Origin: a bacterium
Lineage (GTDB): Bacteria; UBA8248
DNA length: 64,000 bases
Reading direction: 5' to 3'
Assembly: GCA_963692865.2 (NCBI GenBank)
Contig: OY843592.1
Span: 2,560,001 to 2,624,000 of the forward strand
Both the position numbers and the translations under genes were made by a program. This document shows, in pieces, positions 51,825 through 63,242 of the stretch. The stretch's first letter is position 1. Each line of letters opens with the position of its first letter. The notes under the pieces were generated by a model. That model ran no database searches, was not told where the DNA came from, and saw nothing but the letters and a program-made list of their open reading frames with translations.

Positions 51825-53149
51825 ATGAAAGCCATGCCGTCCGATTCCACTCGAATGAGCGCGTAAGCAGGCTGCACCACGTCGAGGCGGGAAATCTCCT
51901 CGAGCGCGTTTTGCATGTTCGCCTCCGTCGCATTGTGAGTCAGCAACACGAGGCGGGCATAGCCGTCTTCGTCGGCGCGGCTCTTCTGGACGACGGTTTC
52001 GAGACTGATGTCGTGTTCGCCGAAAACGCCGGAGATGCGGCTCAACACCCCCGGTTTGTCCAAGGCCGCGAAGCGAACGTAGAAGCGCGTCGAAATTTCA
52101 CGGGGCGTCAGGATGTCGAGACGCGCGCGTTGATCCGGCAAAAACGCGGCGGTGGGGATCCGTGAGTCGCCCCCGTTCTTGAGCCATCTCGCCACTTCGA
52201 TGATATCGCCCACCACGGCGGAGGCCGTGGCCTCCGAACCCGCGCCTTTGCCGATGAAAACCTGCGGCCCGGCATTCACGCCCGAGACGGCCACGGCATT
52301 GTAGACCCCTCCCACCCGCGCCAGGGGGTGGCTTTCGGGGAGCATTGCCGGATGGACGCGAATATCGAGTTTTCCGTTTTTCTCGCGCGCCATGGCGATG
52401 AGCTTGATCCGGTAGCCGAGTTCCTTGGCGATGTCGATATCGGCGGACGTGATTTGTCGTATCCCCTCGGTGTGGTATTCCTCAACGTCCACGGGCGTGC
52501 CGTAGGCCAGGTTCGCCAGAATCGCTATCTTGTGAGACGCATCGACGCCGTCGATATCGAAAGCCGGGTCGGCCTCGGCATAGCCGAGTTCCTGCGCACG
52601 CGCGAGCGTTTCTCCGAAATCCGCGCCCATCTCCGTCATACGGCTCAGAATATAGTTGCACGTTCCGTTCAGGATGCCGGCGAGCCTCTCGATTTTATCC
52701 GCAGCGAAGGCCTCGCGCAGGTTTCTGACTATCGGAATGCCGCCCGCGACGGACGCCTCGAAACCCAGCGGGCAGCCGGCCCTCTCCGCCGCGGCGAATA
52801 TCTCCTCACCGTGAACGGCGAGCACCGCCTTGTTCGCGGTCACCACCGGCTTTTTCTTCTCGATCGCCCGCAGGATGTGGCGTCTGGCGTCTTCCGTCCC
52901 CCCGATGAGTTCCGCGACCACGTGAACCTCGGGCGCGTCGATGACGGCCTCGAAATCCGTGCCCATATTCTCGGGCGCCACCCCGCGCGCCGTCTTCTTC
53001 TTGGCGAAAACGCTGCGATCCGCGATTCTGGAGACGCACACCTCCACGCCGAGGCGTCTTTTGATCAACTCCCGCTGCTCGTCGAGCAGATTCACCACGC
53101 CGCTTCCGACGGTGCCCAAACCCAGTATGCCGACGCAAATTTTCTTCAT
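51821..53149 (-). CDS. hom: Homoserine dehydrogenase
   Basis: GLGTVG, VTANK, FEASVAGGIP, NGTCNYIL, GYAEADP, C-terminal ACT; start MKKICV. Confidence 0.97.
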   Translation of the reverse strand: MKKICVGILGLGTVGSGVVNLLDEQRELIKRRLGVEVCVSRIADRSVFAKKKTARGVAPENMGTDFEAVIDAPEVHVVAELIGGTEDARRHILRAIEKKKPVVTANKAVLAVHGEEIFAAAERAGCPLGFEASVAGGIPIVRNLREAFAADKIERLAGILNGTCNYILSRMTEMGADFGETLARAQELGYAEADPAFDIDGVDASHKIAILANLAYGTPVDVEEYHTEGIRQITSADIDIAKELGYRIKLIAMAREKNGKLDIRVHPAMLPESHPLARVGGVYNAVAVSGVNAGPQVFIGKGAGSEATASAVVGDIIEVARWLKNGGDSRIPTAAFLPDQRARLDILTPREISTRFYVRFAALDKPGVLSRISGVFGEHDISLETVVQKSRADEDGYARLVLLTHNATEANMQNALEEISRLDVVQPAYALIRVESDGMAFM

Positions 53150-53175
53150 ATTCCTTCGACCCGATGAGCGGCGAA

Positions 53176-54378
53176 CTAGCTCGCCGCCCGCCTGGGCGCT
53201 TTCTCCTGAAACAGGGGTCGTAAGTTTCTGAGCGCCTGCCGCGTGCGGTGTTCGTTCTCCACGAGCGCGAAGCGCACGTGCCCGTCGCCCAACTCGCCGA
53301 AGCCGACGCCGGGAGAGACGGCCACCTCGGATTCGGTCAACAAGAACTTGGAAAACTCCAGAGAACCCATCTCTCGATAGGCCTGGGGAATCTCCGCCCA
53401 TACGAACATCGTGCCCCTGGGTTTTTGAATCTGCCAGCCGATTCTCTCCAACCCGTTGCACAGCACGTCGCGGCGATTCTGGTAAATCCCCCGAATTTCC
53501 TCTACACACTCCTGAGAACCGTTGAGCGCGATGATCGAAGCAATCTGGATGGGCTGGAACGCGCCGTAGTCGAGGTAGCTCTTGATGCGCCTGAGCGCGC
53601 CGATGATCTCCCTGTTCCCCACGGCGAAGCCAATCCGCCATCCGGGCATGGAGTAGCTCTTCGAGAGCGAGAAAAACTCCACGCTCACATCCTTGGCGCC
53701 CTTTACCTGCAAAATGCTGGGCGGTTCATAGCCGTCAAAGCCCAAATCCGCATAGGCGAAATCGTGGACAACGATGAGGTTGTATTCCTTCGCGAAGGCG
53801 ACGACTTTTTCGAAAAAATCAAGGTCCACGCAAACCGTGGTGGGGTTGTGCGGGAAGCTCAAAACGAGGATTTTCGGCCGCGGCCAAATCGGACGGATGA
53901 TATCGGTCATGTTTTCAAAGAAATCATCCCCCTGCGAGAGCGGCACGTGGACCACGTTGCCGTTCGCCAGTACCATGGCGTAGGTATGGATGGGGTACGT
54001 GGGGCTCGGCACCATGACCAAATCGCCCGGGTTCGTGATGGCCAACGCGAGGTGGGAGATCCCCTCCTTCACGCCGATGGTGACGATGGCCTCCTCTTCA
54101 GAGTCGATGTTCACGTCATAGCGGCGGCCGTACCAGTCGGCGATGGCCGTCCTCAGCCGGGTGATGCCCCGCGAAGCGCTGTAGCGGTGATTCCTGGGGT
54201 TCGTCGCCGCCTCCACGAGTTTTTCCACGATGTGCGGCGGGGTGGCGAGGTCGGGGTTTCCCATGCCGAAATCGATGATGTCGTCGCCACGGCGTCGAGC
54301 CTCGATCTTCAACTCGTCGACGCTCGCAAAGACATAGGGCGGCAGGCGCGTAATGCGCTGGAACTCATACACGTTCAA
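53176..54378 (-). CDS. alaC: Class I PLP aminotransferase (AlaC-like)
   Basis: [37 protein letters not shown]. Confidence 0.88.
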   Translation of the reverse strand: MNVYEFQRITRLPPYVFASVDELKIEARRRGDDIIDFGMGNPDLATPPHIVEKLVEAATNPRNHRYSASRGITRLRTAIADWYGRRYDVNIDSEEEAIVTIGVKEGISHLALAITNPGDLVMVPSPTYPIHTYAMVLANGNVVHVPLSQGDDFFENMTDIIRPIWPRPKILVLSFPHNPTTVCVDLDFFEKVVAFAKEYNLIVVHDFAYADLGFDGYEPPSILQVKGAKDVSVEFFSLSKSYSMPGWRIGFAVGNREIIGALRRIKSYLDYGAFQPIQIASIIALNGSQECVEEIRGIYQNRRDVLCNGLERIGWQIQKPRGTMFVWAEIPQAYREMGSLEFSKFLLTESEVAVSPGVGFGELGDGHVRFALVENEHRTRQALRNLRPLFQEKAPRRAAS

Positions 54379-54384
54379 AAATCC

Positions 54385-55368
54385 TCAACTGACCGGCAAG
54401 GATACCAGGCGGTGGGAGGGCGCCGGAACGTTCCGGCCCGAGCCGTCGGCCGTCATGAAGGCGCGGCCCTCGGGGTCTCCCTCCAATTTCCCCTCCCCCG
54501 ACTTCCGGGAAGCGTGCAAGGCCTCCTCCGCATTGTAGGAGCTTCTCACGAAAGGGCCGGCGAACACGTGCGCGAAACCCCTCGCCTCGCCCGCCAGCCG
54601 GTAGCGCGCGTAGACGTCCGGATGAACGTATTCGCGAACGGGGATCGACTTCTTCCTGGGCGAGAGGTACTGACCAATCGTCATTATCCGGCAATCGACG
54701 CTTTCAGCCCTCAAATCATCCATCAAGGAGAGCACGTCCTCTTCGGTTTCGCCCATCCCGACCATGACGCCGCTTTTCGTCACCATTTCCGGGTCAATCC
54801 CTCTCGCCATGCCGATGACGCGCAGGGAGCGTTCGTAATCGCCGTTCGGGCGCGTGCTCTTGAACAGCCGCCTCACCGTCTCGATGTTATGGTTGAACAC
54901 GTCCGGCCCTGCGCGGACCACCCGCTCGACCGCCTCGAAATCGCCCATGAAATCACTCACCAAAACTTCCACAGTGGTCTCGGGCAGCAAATCGCGAATC
55001 GCCTCGATGGTCGCCACCACGTGGCCGGCCGCGCCATCGGGCAAATCGTCGCGATTCACCATCGTAACGACCACATGCTTTAATCCCAAGTGTTTCGCGG
55101 CCTCCGCCACGTGCAGCGGCTCGTTTACGTCCAAAGGCTCGGGCGCGCCCTTCGTGACGGCGCAATAGCCGCAAGTTCTCGTGCAGACGTCCCCGCCAAT
55201 CATGAAAGTGGCCGTGTCGCGCGAGAAACACTCGAACAGGTTCGGGCAACGGGCTTCCTCGCACACGGTGTGCAGATGCTTGTTGCGCATCAGCGCCTTG
55301 ACCTCGTGCGCGCGGCTCGGGCTCGGCAAGCGTTTTACGAGCCAGGGCGGAAAGCGTCGAGAAGCCAT
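54385..55368 (-). CDS. lipA: Lipoyl synthase
   Basis: CEEARCPNLFEC, CTRTCGYC, NHNIETV, VRSSY. Confidence 0.97.
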   Translation of the reverse strand: MASRRFPPWLVKRLPSPSRAHEVKALMRNKHLHTVCEEARCPNLFECFSRDTATFMIGGDVCTRTCGYCAVTKGAPEPLDVNEPLHVAEAAKHLGLKHVVVTMVNRDDLPDGAAGHVVATIEAIRDLLPETTVEVLVSDFMGDFEAVERVVRAGPDVFNHNIETVRRLFKSTRPNGDYERSLRVIGMARGIDPEMVTKSGVMVGMGETEEDVLSLMDDLRAESVDCRIMTIGQYLSPRKKSIPVREYVHPDVYARYRLAGEARGFAHVFAGPFVRSSYNAEEALHASRKSGEGKLEGDPEGRAFMTADGSGRNVPAPSHRLVSLPVS

Positions 55369-55402
55369 CGAATCGTCTCCTGTCCCGGAAATCGGAAGGC
55401 TC

Positions 55403-55431
55403 ATATTAGGAACGCGAAGCGCGGGTGTCAA
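55403..55431 (-). promoter_or_regulatory. Putative sigma-70 promoter for the lipA-alaC-hom run
   Basis: TTGACA-N17-TAATAT with AT-rich upstream DNA. Confidence 0.65.
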
Positions 55432-55484
55432 GATTAAAGTCGTTTGTAGCTAATAAACCACAAAACATTGTATTCACGGATATT

Positions 55485-56267
55485 TTACATGGCTATAATT
55501 TTTGCACTTAGGGGTTTGACTCTCACTTGCATCTCGGAGAGCGCCTTTTGGGCCTCGGCCTTGTCCCGATAGTGCCCCACGCGGACGCGATACCATTTGC
55601 CCTTCGGGCCAAGATCCGCATTCTTGATGAAGGGCTGAAAGCCCGCATCCCTCAGCTTTCGCACGACTCGAAGCGCCACGTCGAATTTCTTGACCGAGAC
55701 GACCTGAATGGTATATCCGCCTTCCTTTGCCCAGGGTTTCGTCGTACGAGACGCCGCTTGTCCAGGTTTTTCCGCTTCGTGAACGGCTTTGTCCGTATTA
55801 TCGTTCTCCTCGTCGACTTTCTTTTCGGGAGCTTTCTCTACCGACGCAGTTTCCGGCTGGGGGGCCGGTTTCGGTGGGGTTTCCTTTTTCACCACGGGCA
55901 GCTTGATGGGCTCGATGGGCTGCTCGTCTTCCCGGGTCTCTTTCAGCAAGTCCTGATAAAATTTCGGTTTGATGGCTTCCGCGGGCTTGTTCGCCACCTC
56001 GATTTCAGTTTCGGGTTCGGGCTTTTTTTTCAGCGCGGCGGCCGCCTCGCGCTCCGCCTCTTTCTCCCCGTCCTTTTCAAGAACCTTACGCTCGGGCGCG
56101 GCCCCGGCCTTGGCCACCTCGCTCAATGCGTCATGCGCGCCCCAGAGGTAGCCGAGGCTGAAGGACCCGGCAACCGCCGCGAGGAGGATGAGCGCAAAAA
56201 CGCCCGCCTGCAGTTTGCCGAAAACAATCCTGTAGCGTTTCGCGGAAGCTCGGCGCCGGGACTTCAT
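55485..56267 (-). CDS. SPOR-domain (FtsN-like) membrane protein
   Basis: One TM, Pro/Lys/Glu-rich linker, YTIQV...WYRVRVG; argS-SPOR synteny. Confidence 0.85.
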   Translation of the reverse strand: MKSRRRASAKRYRIVFGKLQAGVFALILLAAVAGSFSLGYLWGAHDALSEVAKAGAAPERKVLEKDGEKEAEREAAAALKKKPEPETEIEVANKPAEAIKPKFYQDLLKETREDEQPIEPIKLPVVKKETPPKPAPQPETASVEKAPEKKVDEENDNTDKAVHEAEKPGQAASRTTKPWAKEGGYTIQVVSVKKFDVALRVVRKLRDAGFQPFIKNADLGPKGKWYRVRVGHYRDKAEAQKALSEMQVRVKPLSAKIIAM

Positions 56268-56296
56268 GGACTTCTCGATTCGCGGGCGGATGCTGT

Positions 56297-57970
56297 CTAC
56301 ATCTTCTCGGGAGCGGAGACTCCCAATAGATTCAAACCATTCCTCAAGACGACTTGCACGCACTTCGCGAGGCGCAGACGGGCGCGGGTGAGTTCTTCGC
56401 CCTGGCCCAGGATGCGGTTGCGATTATAGTAGGCATGGAATTGTTTGGCGAGCGCGATGAGGCCGAACGTGACGTGGTGGGGTTCGGACCTCTCCGCCGC
56501 GGTGCGGACCACGTCGGGCCATTCGAGGAGATTCTTCATGAGCCGGCGCTCCTCGTCCAGCACGAGCACGCCGGGAGGCGGCTCATCGAGGCCATCGAAC
56601 GACTCGCCCTCCTCCTCCGCCTGCCTGAAAAGACTGCAGGCGCGCGCATGGGCGTATTGCACGTAATAGACCGGGTTCTCGCTGCTTTGCTCTTTCGCCA
56701 AATCGAGATCGAACTCCAGCGCCGCGTCCGCGCTCCTCATCAGGAAGAAAAAGCGGGCCGCGTCCACGCCCACCTCGTCCACCACGGTGGACAGTTCCTC
56801 GAACTCGCCCGCGCGCGTGCTCATCTGCACCGCCTCGCCGCCGCGGCGCAGGCTCACGAACTGAACGAAGAGAACGTCGAGCTTTTCAGGGTCATGGCCG
56901 AGCATCTCCATCGCCGCGCGCACCCGAGGCAAATACCCGTGGTGATCCGCTCCCCAGATGTTGATGTAGCGATCGAAGCCGCGCCCATACTTGAGATGGT
57001 GATAGGCGATGTCAGACGCGAGATAGGTCGGGCGGCCATCTTCGCGCACGACGACGCGGTCCTTCTCATCGCCGTACGCGCTCGAAGCGAGCCATTTGGC
57101 CCCGTCTTTCTCATAGAGTTTTTCGTTCGCTTCCAGATCGGCGACCGCCTCTTCCACCCTGTTGCCGTTTTCGTTGAACAAAGACGACTCGCTGAACCAC
57201 TCATCGAAGCGAACCCGGAACCCGGCGAGAGATTTCTGGATGTCCTCCAGAATCAAATCCTTGGCGATGACGCCCGCTTGCGAGAGAAGCGACTCTTCAT
57301 CTTCGAGCGCACCGACGCCCTCGCGGAACCTCGCGGATTTGACGATCTCGCGAATGTATTCCCCCTGGTAGGCGTCCTCGGGAAAGGGAACATCCTCTCC
57401 CTTCACGTCCTGCAAATAACGCGCGCAGGCCGATTTCGCCAGCGTCTCTATCTGGTTGCCCGCGTCATTGATGTAGTACTCCCGGTGCACGCGAAAGCCC
57501 GAAGCCTCCAGCACGCGCCCCAGAACGTCGCCCAGCGCGGCGCCCCGTCCATGGCCGACGTGAAGCGGCCCCGTGGGGTTCGCGCTCACGAACTCCAGGT
57601 GCACGGATTTTCCCGCTCCCGATTCGTTTTTTCCAAAATCATCCGGCGCGCAGAGAATGTCCGTGAGCTTCGCGCACAGGTAATCCCCGTCGAGATACAG
57701 GTTGATGAAGCCGGGCTTTTCGATCCGGACGTCTCTCAAGAACCCTTTGGGCGCCTCGAAGTGCCTGACGATTTTTTCCGCAATCAACAGCGGCGCCTTG
57801 CGCTCGGCTCTCGCCAGCGTCATCGCGATATTGCAGGAGAAATCGCCGAACGCCTCGTTCGGCGGCGTCTCGATGACGACCGGGGGCCTCTCCCCGGAGG
57901 TCAGGTCGCCCGCCGCGCGCGCGCTTTCGAATGCGTTCTCGAACATGGGGATCATCAGTTCTTTGAGCAC
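56297..57970 (-). CDS. argS: Arginine--tRNA ligase
   Basis: SANPTGPLHVGH, GADHHGY, MSTRAG, YVQYAHAR. Confidence 0.98.
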   Translation of the reverse strand: MLKELMIPMFENAFESARAAGDLTSGERPPVVIETPPNEAFGDFSCNIAMTLARAERKAPLLIAEKIVRHFEAPKGFLRDVRIEKPGFINLYLDGDYLCAKLTDILCAPDDFGKNESGAGKSVHLEFVSANPTGPLHVGHGRGAALGDVLGRVLEASGFRVHREYYINDAGNQIETLAKSACARYLQDVKGEDVPFPEDAYQGEYIREIVKSARFREGVGALEDEESLLSQAGVIAKDLILEDIQKSLAGFRVRFDEWFSESSLFNENGNRVEEAVADLEANEKLYEKDGAKWLASSAYGDEKDRVVVREDGRPTYLASDIAYHHLKYGRGFDRYINIWGADHHGYLPRVRAAMEMLGHDPEKLDVLFVQFVSLRRGGEAVQMSTRAGEFEELSTVVDEVGVDAARFFFLMRSADAALEFDLDLAKEQSSENPVYYVQYAHARACSLFRQAEEEGESFDGLDEPPPGVLVLDEERRLMKNLLEWPDVVRTAAERSEPHHVTFGLIALAKQFHAYYNRNRILGQGEELTRARLRLAKCVQVVLRNGLNLLGVSAPEKM

Positions 57971-58033
57971 GGAAGCCTCATCAAAGAATCATCGCCGAAA
58001 CGAAGGAACAAATACCGCCCCCGCGCGATTCCG

Positions 58034-58780
58034 TCAACGCGAAACGGCGGCGCGGCGCCGAGGCAGGGATTTTCCGCCATGATATTGCAGAAACGCCTCC
58101 GCGCACCCGATGATTTCAGACCCAAGGGATGCGGCGAATCGAATGGAAAAACATTTATCAGGCGTCAGGCGGAGGACCTCTCTCATCGCGGCGACGGAAC
58201 CCGCGCGCAGGCGCATCTCCCGCGCAGCAGGCTCCGGGCATCTCGCGCAGCGGAGCTCGCCCGTGGCGACATCGAAGCGCGCCGCCTCGCTTCCCGGTTT
58301 TTTCTCGCACGCCGCGCAGTAGTCGAGGCCCGGGCCGAGCCCCATCGTCTTGAGCAGCATCAGAAGGAATACCCCCTCCATGCCCGCCGCGCCCGCGCCC
58401 TTCTCCAGCGCTTCGAACGAGGACCTGAGCAAGAGATAGTGCGCGCTCTCGCCCTCGTCCACGCCCAACACCACATCGATCACCTTCAAGAGGCGCGACG
58501 CCACCCGCATGGCCTCGTAGTCACTCCAGAGCCTTTGGTAGACCCGTGTCGTCTCGCATTTTCGCATCGCGCCCAAACCCGAACCGCCGCGCCGGCTCCA
58601 TTCGATATGACTCACGCTCGCGGGTTCGAGTCCCACGCCCACCCTCGACTTCGCCGAGCGCACGCCCTTGGCCACCAGGCGCGCCTTGCCGTGGCCTTTG
58701 GTCAAAACCGTCACTATCAGGCTCGTGTTCGAGTATGGACGCGCGTTCAGGACGATGGCTTCGTCGCTCAGAATGGCCAA
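58034..58780 (-). CDS. recO: DNA repair protein RecO
   Basis: OB-fold N-terminus (LT..HGK...AKGVR), CAAC/CARC zinc finger. Confidence 0.9.
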   Translation of the reverse strand: MAILSDEAIVLNARPYSNTSLIVTVLTKGHGKARLVAKGVRSAKSRVGVGLEPASVSHIEWSRRGGSGLGAMRKCETTRVYQRLWSDYEAMRVASRLLKVIDVVLGVDEGESAHYLLLRSSFEALEKGAGAAGMEGVFLLMLLKTMGLGPGLDYCAACEKKPGSEAARFDVATGELRCARCPEPAAREMRLRAGSVAAMREVLRLTPDKCFSIRFAASLGSEIIGCAEAFLQYHGGKSLPRRRAAVSR

Positions 58781-58907
58781 GAAAACGCCTCCCGACAGGT
58801 CTTCTTTTTCAGGCCTTGACGAAATCGGGCGGATGAGAGATAGTTTGCGGCCTGAAAGATTCTATTTTCTGACGCCTTATACCGCAAACGGGAGGAACAC
58901 AACCAAT

Positions 58908-59096
58908 ATGCCGGGAGTAAAAGTACACGAAGGTGAATCCATCGACAAGGCTTTGAAACAGTTCAAGAAACAATGCGAAAAATCAGGCATTCTCACGGAA
59001 ATCAAAAAGCGCGAGTATTATGAGAAGCCCAGCGTGAAGCGCAAGAGAAAGATACTCGCCGCGCACAAAAAGCGCATGCGCGCCCAGAACCGCTAA
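58908..59096 (+). CDS. rpsU: 30S ribosomal protein S21
   Basis: [32 protein letters not shown]; GGGAGG SD; TTGACG at 58816. Confidence 0.95.
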   Translation: MPGVKVHEGESIDKALKQFKKQCEKSGILTEIKKREYYEKPSVKRKRKILAAHKKRMRAQNR

Positions 59097-60088
59097 GCCT
59101 GAACATTCTCATACCCGAGTTCGGAAAGCGCGGCGTCCTTCTGCCGCCAGTTCGGCTTGACGCGAACCTTGAGGCCGAGAAATATCCGCTCGCCGAGGCG
59201 CCGTTCGATCTCCTTTCTTGAAAACTCTCCGATTTTCTTGATCCGGCTGCCTCCCTTGCCCACCAGAATACCCCGCTGGCTCTTCCGCTCCACGAAGATT
59301 TCCGCCTCGACGCGCAACAGGCCCGAACGCTCGTCGCGCTCCATCTCGCGAACCCTCACCGCCACCGCGTAGGGAATCTCCTTGTGCAGCAGGCGGTACG
59401 CCTGCTCGCGAACGAACTCCTCTATCAGGAGCGCTTCGCTCACGTCCGTCGTCATGTCGGGAGAAAAGTATCTCGGTCCCTCGGGAAGCGCCCCGATGAT
59501 GTTCTCCACCAGCGGCCCCACGTTGTCCCCCTTGAGCGCCGAGACGGGATAGGCGCTCTTGAACCCCTCGTCTTCGGCGTATTTCGCCAGAACGGGCAGG
59601 AGCTTCGTCTTGTCCTTGATGCGGTCCACCTTGTTGATGACGAGAAACACAGGCACGCCCGCATCCTCGATGAGCGCGAGTGCGTTCTCATCCACCTCCC
59701 CTTCGGGGTCGTCCGTCATGAACAGGGCGAGGTCGGCGCCCGAGCAGGCGGCCTTCACCTCTTCGAGCAGAAAACGCCCGAGCTTCGAGGCGGGGCGCTC
59801 AAAGCCGGGCGTGTCGAAAAATGCCGCCTGCGCGCCCTCCGTGTTCAACACGCCGAGCAGCCTGCGCCTCGTGGTCCCGGGCTTACGGGTGACAATGGCG
59901 AGTTTCTCGCCGAGGATGCGGTTGAGCAGGGTGGATTTGCCCACGTTCGGGCGTCCGATGATGGCGATGAAGCCCGAGCGGAATCCTTCGGGCGTATCGA
60001 GGCGCTCCCCGGTGCTTCTCAAGATTTTATCGAGGTCGAGCGTGCGCGCGTCGCCCCGGGTTCGAGGTCTCTTTTTCTTCGGCGGCAC
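59093..60088 (-). CDS. era: GTPase Era
   Basis: [22 protein letters not shown] domain (GKGG). Confidence 0.96.
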   Translation of the reverse strand: MPPKKKRPRTRGDARTLDLDKILRSTGERLDTPEGFRSGFIAIIGRPNVGKSTLLNRILGEKLAIVTRKPGTTRRRLLGVLNTEGAQAAFFDTPGFERPASKLGRFLLEEVKAACSGADLALFMTDDPEGEVDENALALIEDAGVPVFLVINKVDRIKDKTKLLPVLAKYAEDEGFKSAYPVSALKGDNVGPLVENIIGALPEGPRYFSPDMTTDVSEALLIEEFVREQAYRLLHKEIPYAVAVRVREMERDERSGLLRVEAEIFVERKSQRGILVGKGGSRIKKIGEFSRKEIERRLGERIFLGLKVRVKPNWRQKDAALSELGYENVQA

Positions 60089-60097
60089 CCGCGCGCC

Positions 60098-61882
60098 CTA
60101 CCGGAAGGCCCCGTCGATGCCAAGCTCCCTGAGCTGAAGGCGCTCGACCGAGGCCGGCGCGCCGGTCATCAGGCAGGTGGCTTTCTGGGTCTTGGGAAAC
60201 GCGATGACGTCGCGGATGGAGGGGGCGCCCGTCAAGAGCATCATGATGCGGTCCAGACCGAACGCGATTCCCCCGTGGGGCGGCGTGCCGAACTCCAACG
60301 CCTCCATGAAGAAACCGAAGCGCCGCTGCGCCTCTTCTTCGTCCATGTCCAGGGCGGCGAACATTTTCTGCTGCACCTCGCGCTGGTGGATCCGCCGGCT
60401 GCCGCCGCCGATCTCGTTCCCGTTCACCACCATGTCGTAGGCCTGGGAGCGGATGGCGCCGGGGTCGGAATCGAACAGCGGGGCGTCTTCGGGCACGGGC
60501 GCCGTGAAGGGGTGGTGAAGCGCGTGAAACCGCTTCTCCGCCTCATCGTATTCGAGCAGCGGGAAGTCCACGACCCAGCAGAAATCGAAATTCTGATCGT
60601 CGCGGGCGACGAGACCCAGCCGCGCGCCGATTTCTTCGCGCAGATGACCCAGCACCGACGCGCTCACCGCCGGGGCGTCGGCCACCATCATCAACAGGTC
60701 GCCGACCTCCACGCCCGCTCTCGCGCCGACCTCCTCCAACTGGCCGTCCAGGAAGAACTTGGTGATGTTCGATTCATACCCGTTTTCCGTCCGCTTCGCC
60801 CAGGCGAGGCCGCCCGCGCCCAACTCCTGGGCGCGCGCGATGATGCCGTCGATTTCTTTTCTCGACGCCGACGCCATGCCCGGCCCCGCCATGGCGCGCG
60901 CCACGCCGCCCTTCTCCACCGCGCCCCTGAACACCTTGAACTCGCTCGCCTGCGCCACGTCGGTGAAGGTGGCCAGCTTCATGCCGAAGCGCCTGTCCGG
61001 CCTGTCGGTTCCGTACTGCGCTATCGCCTCTGCGTAGGGGACCCGCTCGAAGGGGGTTTCGATCTCGACCTCGCCCACCTCTTTCCATATCCTGGCCACC
61101 AGACCTTCCATGAGGCCGAAGAAGGCTTCGCTGTTCAGGAAGGAGCACTCGATGTCGATCTGCGTGAACTCGGGCTGCCTGTCGGCGCGCAAATCCTCGT
61201 CCCGGAAGCATTTCACGATCTGGTAGTAGCGATCGAAACCCGCCACCATGAGAATCTGCTTGAACATCTGGGGGCTCTGGGGGAGCGCAAAGAAACTCCC
61301 GCGCGCGAGACGGCTCGGCACCAGGTAATCCCTCGCTCCCTCGGGCGTGCTCCTGGTGAGCACCGGGGTCTCGACGTCGACGAATTGGTTTTCCGTGAGG
61401 AAATTGCGGATCACCTGGGTCGCCTGATGGCGCCTGATGAAATTTTCCCGCAGGGCGGGCCGCCTGAGGTCGAGGTAGCGGTACTGGAGGCGCAGCGCTT
61501 CACCCGCGTCGGAATCGTCTTCTATCTCGAAGGGCGGCGTTCTCGCCTCGCTAAGAACTTCCAGCTTCGTTATCCGGACCTCGACTTCGCCGGTCGCGAG
61601 ATTGGGATTCGCCATCCCCTCGGGGCGTTCGAGAACAACCCCCCGGACGGCGAGCACCCACTCGCCGCGCACCCGCTCGGCGAGGGCGTGGGCCGCCTCG
61701 TCGTAAGAAGGATCGGCCACCACCTGGGTGACGCCGTAGCGGTCGCGCAGATCGATGAAGATCAATCCGCCGTGGTCTCGGTTCGACCCCGCCCAACCCA
61801 TGAGAACGACCTCGGCGCCGACGTCGGAGGCGCGAAGCGACCCGCAGTCGTGCGTCCTTCCTTCTTCCAAAAGCTCGCTCAA
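60098..61882 (-). CDS. aspS: Aspartate--tRNA ligase, probably non-discriminating (Asp/Asn)
   Basis: RDHGGLIF and RPEG (the His/Gly pair associated with ND-AspRS), LPQSPQ, FRDED, PPHGG. Confidence 0.97.
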   Translation of the reverse strand: MSELLEEGRTHDCGSLRASDVGAEVVLMGWAGSNRDHGGLIFIDLRDRYGVTQVVADPSYDEAAHALAERVRGEWVLAVRGVVLERPEGMANPNLATGEVEVRITKLEVLSEARTPPFEIEDDSDAGEALRLQYRYLDLRRPALRENFIRRHQATQVIRNFLTENQFVDVETPVLTRSTPEGARDYLVPSRLARGSFFALPQSPQMFKQILMVAGFDRYYQIVKCFRDEDLRADRQPEFTQIDIECSFLNSEAFFGLMEGLVARIWKEVGEVEIETPFERVPYAEAIAQYGTDRPDRRFGMKLATFTDVAQASEFKVFRGAVEKGGVARAMAGPGMASASRKEIDGIIARAQELGAGGLAWAKRTENGYESNITKFFLDGQLEEVGARAGVEVGDLLMMVADAPAVSASVLGHLREEIGARLGLVARDDQNFDFCWVVDFPLLEYDEAEKRFHALHHPFTAPVPEDAPLFDSDPGAIRSQAYDMVVNGNEIGGGSRRIHQREVQQKMFAALDMDEEEAQRRFGFFMEALEFGTPPHGGIAFGLDRIMMLLTGAPSIRDVIAFPKTQKATCLMTGAPASVERLQLRELGIDGAFR

Positions 61883-61967
61883 GATTTCTTATCCCTCATT
61901 CATGTCCGCGCTTGAATTTTCGCATCCCTTCACTGGCGCGGGAGCCTATCCGCTTCGCATCAGGAAT

Positions 61968-63215
61968 TCAACCATCCTGCGCCCGCCTCTTCATTATACG
62001 GGAAAGCCAGACGATTCCGCCGAGACCGATCCAGACGGCCACGCCCACCGAGGCCCAGGCCGCCGTCCACTCGGTGGGGAGAACCTCGCCCCGGGAGCCC
62101 GGGTTCGTGATGTCGAGAATGTAGCCCACCTCGATGGAGGAGAGCGCGCCGAAGAGAAAACCGAACCCGGCGAGGCAGCCCAGCGCCGTGCCCAAGTGGC
62201 GCTTGGGGGCGATTTCGCTCATCACGACCAGAAAGACGGACGCATCGACGGCCATCGTCACCGCCCAGACGAGCGCCACGACGAGTAGAACCGGAATGGG
62301 CGCGTGGAACAGAAGGCCGATACCGAACGTCATCGCGCCGCTCAGGAACAGACTCCCCCCGATGCTCCGGAGACGACCGAACCTGTCCGCCGACCATGCG
62401 CCGATGAAATTCGAAAAGGCCGATATCGCGATCATGAACGCCAGCGCCGTCGCGGCGTTGTCCACGGCGCCTCCTCTCGGCAGGCCGTGCGCCACGAACG
62501 CCGAGGCGAGGAACGTGACGCCCCAGCCCCTGAAGGCGAACATCTCCCAGCGGTGCATGACGTAAGCGCCGATGAGCACCCAGCACCCGAGCGGCAGGCG
62601 CGGGAAGGAGAATCTCTCCCCTCCTCCCGATTCCCCCCTGCCGGGGTCGGGCGCCCAGAGCAGCACCATCATCACGCCGGCGACGGGGCCGAGCGAGCCC
62701 GCGGCGAAGGTGAAGCGCCAGCCGAAATCGGGAAGCAGATAACCCGTCAAAAACATCGAGACCGACACGCTGAAGGTGAAGAAAAAGGCGTAGCCCGAGA
62801 CCGTCTTCGCCCTGAGAGCAGGCGAGGCGTGCTCGGCCACGATGCGAAGACCCGGCCCGAACACGCCCGCAAGCCCCACCCCGCAGGCGCACCGCAGAAG
62901 CGCCGCCGTCCAAAGCCCCTCGGCGAAGAAGGGGAACATGAGGTTCGTGAGGCCCAGCCAGGCGGCCGAGAAGAGGTATATGGTTCTCGCGCTGAAATAG
63001 TCCGTCGCGCCGGTGAGAACGGCGGAGGCGACGACGTAGCCCACGTAAAACATGAAATAGATGAAACCGGCGTCCGCGTTGGTGAGGGACCACTCCGCCT
63101 TCAGAATCGGGATGGCGGTCGGGTAGTTGGCGTAGACGAGCATGATGGGAAGCTGGGAGAAACTCAGAACCCACAGGGACGCCTGACTGAGGCGCGCTTT
63201 TCGGGGATTTTCCAT
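61968..63215 (-). CDS. MFS transporter
   Basis: About 12 hydrophobic segments; motif-A-like GAWSADRFGR. Confidence 0.88.
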   Translation of the reverse strand: MENPRKARLSQASLWVLSFSQLPIMLVYANYPTAIPILKAEWSLTNADAGFIYFMFYVGYVVASAVLTGATDYFSARTIYLFSAAWLGLTNLMFPFFAEGLWTAALLRCACGVGLAGVFGPGLRIVAEHASPALRAKTVSGYAFFFTFSVSVSMFLTGYLLPDFGWRFTFAAGSLGPVAGVMMVLLWAPDPGRGESGGGERFSFPRLPLGCWVLIGAYVMHRWEMFAFRGWGVTFLASAFVAHGLPRGGAVDNAATALAFMIAISAFSNFIGAWSADRFGRLRSIGGSLFLSGAMTFGIGLLFHAPIPVLLVVALVWAVTMAVDASVFLVVMSEIAPKRHLGTALGCLAGFGFLFGALSSIEVGYILDITNPGSRGEVLPTEWTAAWASVGVAVWIGLGGIVWLSRIMKRRAQDG

Positions 63216-63242
63216 GTATTCAGCGATTGGTTGGCTCTGCGC

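Noticed and set aside
51821-53641. N-terminally extended ORF calls (hom 606 aa; likewise rpoN 541, holA 443, tilS 516, tsaE 237 aa) suggesting fusions
   Set aside because: The extensions overlap upstream genes or the tRNA in other frames; family-typical starts lie downstream.
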